From contig OZ024741.1 in the NCBI GenBank assembly GCA_964016885.1, positions 231,570,001 to 231,634,000 of the forward strand: 64,000 bases of DNA. The letters run 5' to 3'. The DNA is from Eledone cirrhosa. Lineage: Eukaryota. Below, piece after piece: positions 59,861-64,000 of the stretch (positions are counted from its first letter, which is position 1; the number at the start of each line of letters is the position of its first letter). The translations under genes were made by a program, and so were the position numbers. A model generated the notes under the pieces. That model was given only the letters and a program-made list of their open reading frames with translations, was not told the DNA's origin and searched no databases.

Positions 59861-61138
59861 TTGCTCTGACACACATCCACAAGTGCACGCATATGGATGT
59901 TTGGACCACCAAACACACCAGTAATTCATTGAAGTGTAGAAGACATGGGACATTGAATGATACCTGTGGTCACAATTTATGATGACGTGGACAACCAGCG
60001 GCCAATCACTGGACGCGCGAAGAGGATGAGGTTTTTGACAGTACAGGCTCATAGGATCAGATATCCAATGAAAGAATATGCTACTCAATCATTAGACGTG
60101 TTCGTCGAACCTGCAGTTCAAAAATCAGACATATCCACACAACGATCGCGTCTCGAGCTGCCCGCCGGCGAAACAATTGTAACACACAATAAATTGGGTT
60201 CGGATCCATCACAGATTTTTCGTTATATATCATATCTAACTCTGCTCTGTAATGGCATAGAGTGCTCAACTGGCATACCGCCTATGGAAGCATCTTAGCT
60301 ACAATCCCACACATAAATATATGATATATATATATATATATATATGTGTGTGTTTACCTGACCGTCGAGATTTGAAATTATAAATCGACTTATGTATTGT
60401 TGTAATTTTTCAGAAAATAAGAGAAATCACTGAAGGAGATAAGTATCTGTACTTTGACGCGAGTATTTTACGTCTGTTAGCGTTTTAAATGAGTTTATTT
60501 TCACTGTGTGATATTCTCCTAAAAACAACACACACAAACACACGTGCATTCTATGTCTACCACACAGAATGTAGAAAGCTAGTCAATTAACGTAATTTAA
60601 TTTTTATTTAATTTAATTTTGTATTATTTTGTTTTATTTTGTGTAACATAATTTAATATAATTTTATTTTTGTTTTTGACTCAGTGAGCATGTGTATTTG
60701 TTGTTGTTTTTTGACATATTAATTTTACAATAACTACGGTTCACTATATACGGTTCTCCTTATTTATATCTCTAAACAAACCGATACCTACATTTAAAAT
60801 CAACTTATATAAATCTTCGTGATTCTATGTCTTTAACTTATTTGGGTTTCATTCATTTATTTGTTTTTAATTTATTTTATTTTATTTTATTTTAATTTAT
60901 TCTGTCTCCTTTCATATTTCATGTTGATATTATTTATTTTTCACTTTGTTTTGGTGTTTTAATCGCGAAATATTCTTTGAACGATTTTAATTATTAATAT
61001 TTATAGTTGTCTTTGTCCGCTCCACGCTGCTACTTTTCCTCGCTCTCTCTCTGTATTGCTATTTCTCACGCTGTCTCTGTCTCTCTACTTCATTCTTCCT
61101 CTCTCTCTATCTCTCTCTCTAGATCACACGAGCTCTCT

Positions 61139-61179
<41 letters not shown>

Positions 61180-61479
61180 CTCTCTCTCTAAACCGCACCT
61201 TGAATTTATCACCGGACTTATCTATCTCCCTCTCTCTCTCTAACCTTTCCCCCCACATTTCCCGTTATCTCTCTCGCTCCTCTCTTCTGTCTCTCTCCCC
61301 TTTTTTTTCATTTTTCTTTTTCTCTCTCTCTCTCTGGATCGCACAAGCTCTCTCTCTCTTTCCCTCTAAATCGCTCCTTAAATTTCTCACTGGAATTATA
61401 TCTTTCTCTGTCCCTCTCTAACCTCTCCCCTACCATTCCCACTATCTCTCTTTCTCCTCTCATCAGCGAAATGTATTAC

Positions 61480-64000
61480 ATACAGGGAACAGATGAAGTT
61501 AGGAGTCAGCGAAACTTGTCAAAGATGGAACTAGCGATTTTGATCAAGGGGTGGAGCCTGGCTGATAGGTCACCACCAATAAAAATATGGCGGGGACCCT
61601 GAAGAACCCTGGGTTTCTCAGGACTCTGGCGCAGATAGAGAGAAAAAGAAAAGAAATCGAGAGGGCCTATGTCCTCATAACGCCACATATGGCGATGCTA
61701 AGCCGTGTCCTCAAGGAAGAGAAAAACGAAGAGAAAGGAGAAGAAACAGAAAGGAATAAAGCGCAAGCACGGTCCTGAAAGAAAATGTCATACCCACCGG
61801 CACAGTCAGGGAGAGGAGGCCGGGCAAACAACAAGCAAACAGTAAAGGTGAGAAGCGAAATCACATTCCGAAGGAGAATCAAGCACAGAGGGACCAGTGG
61901 ACAACTGTCCAATAGAAGAACAGAAAGCACCGAGGCACTGGGATCAGGAAAACCCAGGTAAGGTGTAAGTTCTTCAGGAACGGGACCTGCTGGCATGGAG
62001 AGACAGGGATGGGCTGCAGATTCGCTAACCCCAGGCCCCAAACGAAATATGCCCATCCTACTCGCACAACATGCCCCAAACAGGGCCCAAACAAGCCGCT
62101 CCAGAAGAATACTGATGTCGCTTGTGCCGCTCCAACAAGGAGAAGGCACGCACATAACGATGAGATATTGGTGGCAGCAGCAGAGCAGTACATTTTTTTA
62201 GTGATAGCAGAGAAGATTGTGGGACAGCTGAACTGGCTGCATCATTTTCAGAGCCAACGTCACCCACACCAGCACTCGAGACCACCACAATTAAGGGACC
62301 CAGAGTGGCCGCCGCTGACACCAGGTCAGGTGTCATACCGACAGCCAGGGCTGGCACCCTAAGAGTCACACAGCAGTGCTGCTGCTGAATGTCAGAGGCC
62401 TGGTAAAACTCACTCACATGAGCAAAATTTCCTACCTGGGAGAGTTAGCCATAAGCAATCAAGCATTATGCAGTGCACTAACCGGAACGCACCTGACAAG
62501 CAGTATAGCAGATGCAGAAATACATATACCGAAATATACTGTATTTAGTTCGGACAGGAAGGAGAGAACTCATGGTGGGATTGCTCTGTATATCCGTGAA
62601 GATGTCACACCAATTGTACTGTTGACACATTCAAACTCTGTCTGTGAGACACTGATAGTACATATGAAGCAACTAAATACAGTAATATGTGTCACATATC
62701 GGCCGCCCGATGCCTTCAGTCATGAGGGTAAATTTAAGGATAGCCTCAGTAGGATAGAAGAGGTTCTGGACAAATTGGACCAGGGTCTCAACATTCTATA
62801 GCTGGGAGACTTCAAACTGCCAAATGTCAAATGGCCTGAGGTACACCTCCTCCCTGGAATGATGTCATTTGATCAGAGACAGACGGAATCACTGCTGGCC
62901 CTCGCACACTGGCTGTTCATCGAACAAGCAGTACTCCTCCCAACAAGAAGCGAACATGTCCAGGACCTCCGTTTCACAAACAACGAAGTGCTCATCCACA
63001 ATGTAAAGGTGACACCAACAATTCTCTCGGATCATAACTTAGTATAACTAATGATATGTGGTCCGAGAGAACCAACAGAGGCACAACCATCAAGAAGCAC
63101 CGGGGCGTTATCCAGCCTTAACTTCTACAAAGCTAACTGGAAAAAGAGCAAGAGAGAAATCCGGAAGCAAATATGGAGCGAAAACACCGACACCAACACA
63201 CAATTTCAACACTTCATGACAACGATACACACTATATGCAAAACGTTTATCCCGGAGAAAAAATCAAACAGAAAAAAAATCTAATTCCCAGAGATAGGAA
63301 ATTCCTCATGAGACGTAGAACCAAGCTCTCAAACAAGTTGAATGCACAACAAGAAAACAAAAACAAGAAAGAATTCTATTTGAAACGTGCACTACTTGAC
63401 ACCTAGATTATACAAAACTTTCCCATGAAAATGAGAGGGCAAAGAAGAAAGCAGAGCCATAGAAAATATTAAAACAAACCGTAAGGCCTTCTTTAAATTT
63501 GCAAAAGAAACTGCCTCGTTACACTGCAAGATTGGGATACACTTCCATATAGACGGTTCATTAACCGAGAATTCCCAAGAGTTAAGTGAAATACTGAACG
63601 AACAGTACAAAAGTGTGTTCAAATGTCCACTGAGGAACATGCAAATAACAAAGCCAGGTGAGTTCTTTGTTGCCACAACTCTACATGACGAAATGGCGAC
63701 CATCAACCACATAAACATAACGGAGGAGGATGTGGTATACGCCATAGATGAAATTAGAACAGACTCAGCTGCTGGACCTGATGGATTCCCAGCAGTCCTC
63801 TTAAAAACATGTAAGCGGGCCTTAGCAACTCACTGAAGACACTCTTCAGAAGCTCCTTGGCTAGCGGTATACTATCCAGGGAGCTGAAAGGAGGTACAAT
63901 ATGCCCTATCCATAAAGGAGGTAGCAGAGCGGAGGCCAAAGACTATAGGCCAGTCTCCCCGACGTCACACATCAGTAAGGTCATGGAGCGATTCTTCAGA
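61480..64000 (+). pseudogene. CR1-like LINE: ORF1 remnant plus ORF2 APE endonuclease and start of RT, disrupted, running off the window
   Basis: LLNVRGL, GGIALYIR, TYRPP, LGDF, SDHNLV (APE). SAAGPDGFPAVLLKTC and PIHKGGS...DYRPVS.TSHISKVMER (RT). Confidence 0.9.

Overview
AT-rich, microsatellite-dense eukaryotic DNA with no recognisable host gene. The tRNA-derived SINEs resemble those of Octopus, so a cephalopod source is an inference. The window is a nest of mobile elements separated by (TA)n/(CA)n tracts. It holds one intact Penelope-like element (PLE) ORF of Naiad type (40758-42971, RT + GIY-YIG, 737 aa) with ~700-bp inverted terminal arms, and six truncated PLE fragments. It also holds a decayed Helitron RepHel, two CR1-like LINE remnants, a non-autonomous LTR element with a tRNA-Trp-like PBS, and SINEs. 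The main hidden signal is RNA: reading both strands by eye gives about 30 canonical minimal type-I hammerhead ribozymes (HHRs) plus 4-5 U3:A8 core variants, in about 8 sequence families. Three families are non-coding 310-470 bp tandem units (non-LTR retrozyme-like), and every array carries a Penelope-style inversion. Two of them share a conserved ATGCAAAT / PSE-like / TATA block upstream of the ribozyme, suggesting self-promoted, self-cleaving RNA units mobilised in trans by PLE enzymes. Coordinates were read by eye and boundaries may be off by a few bases.
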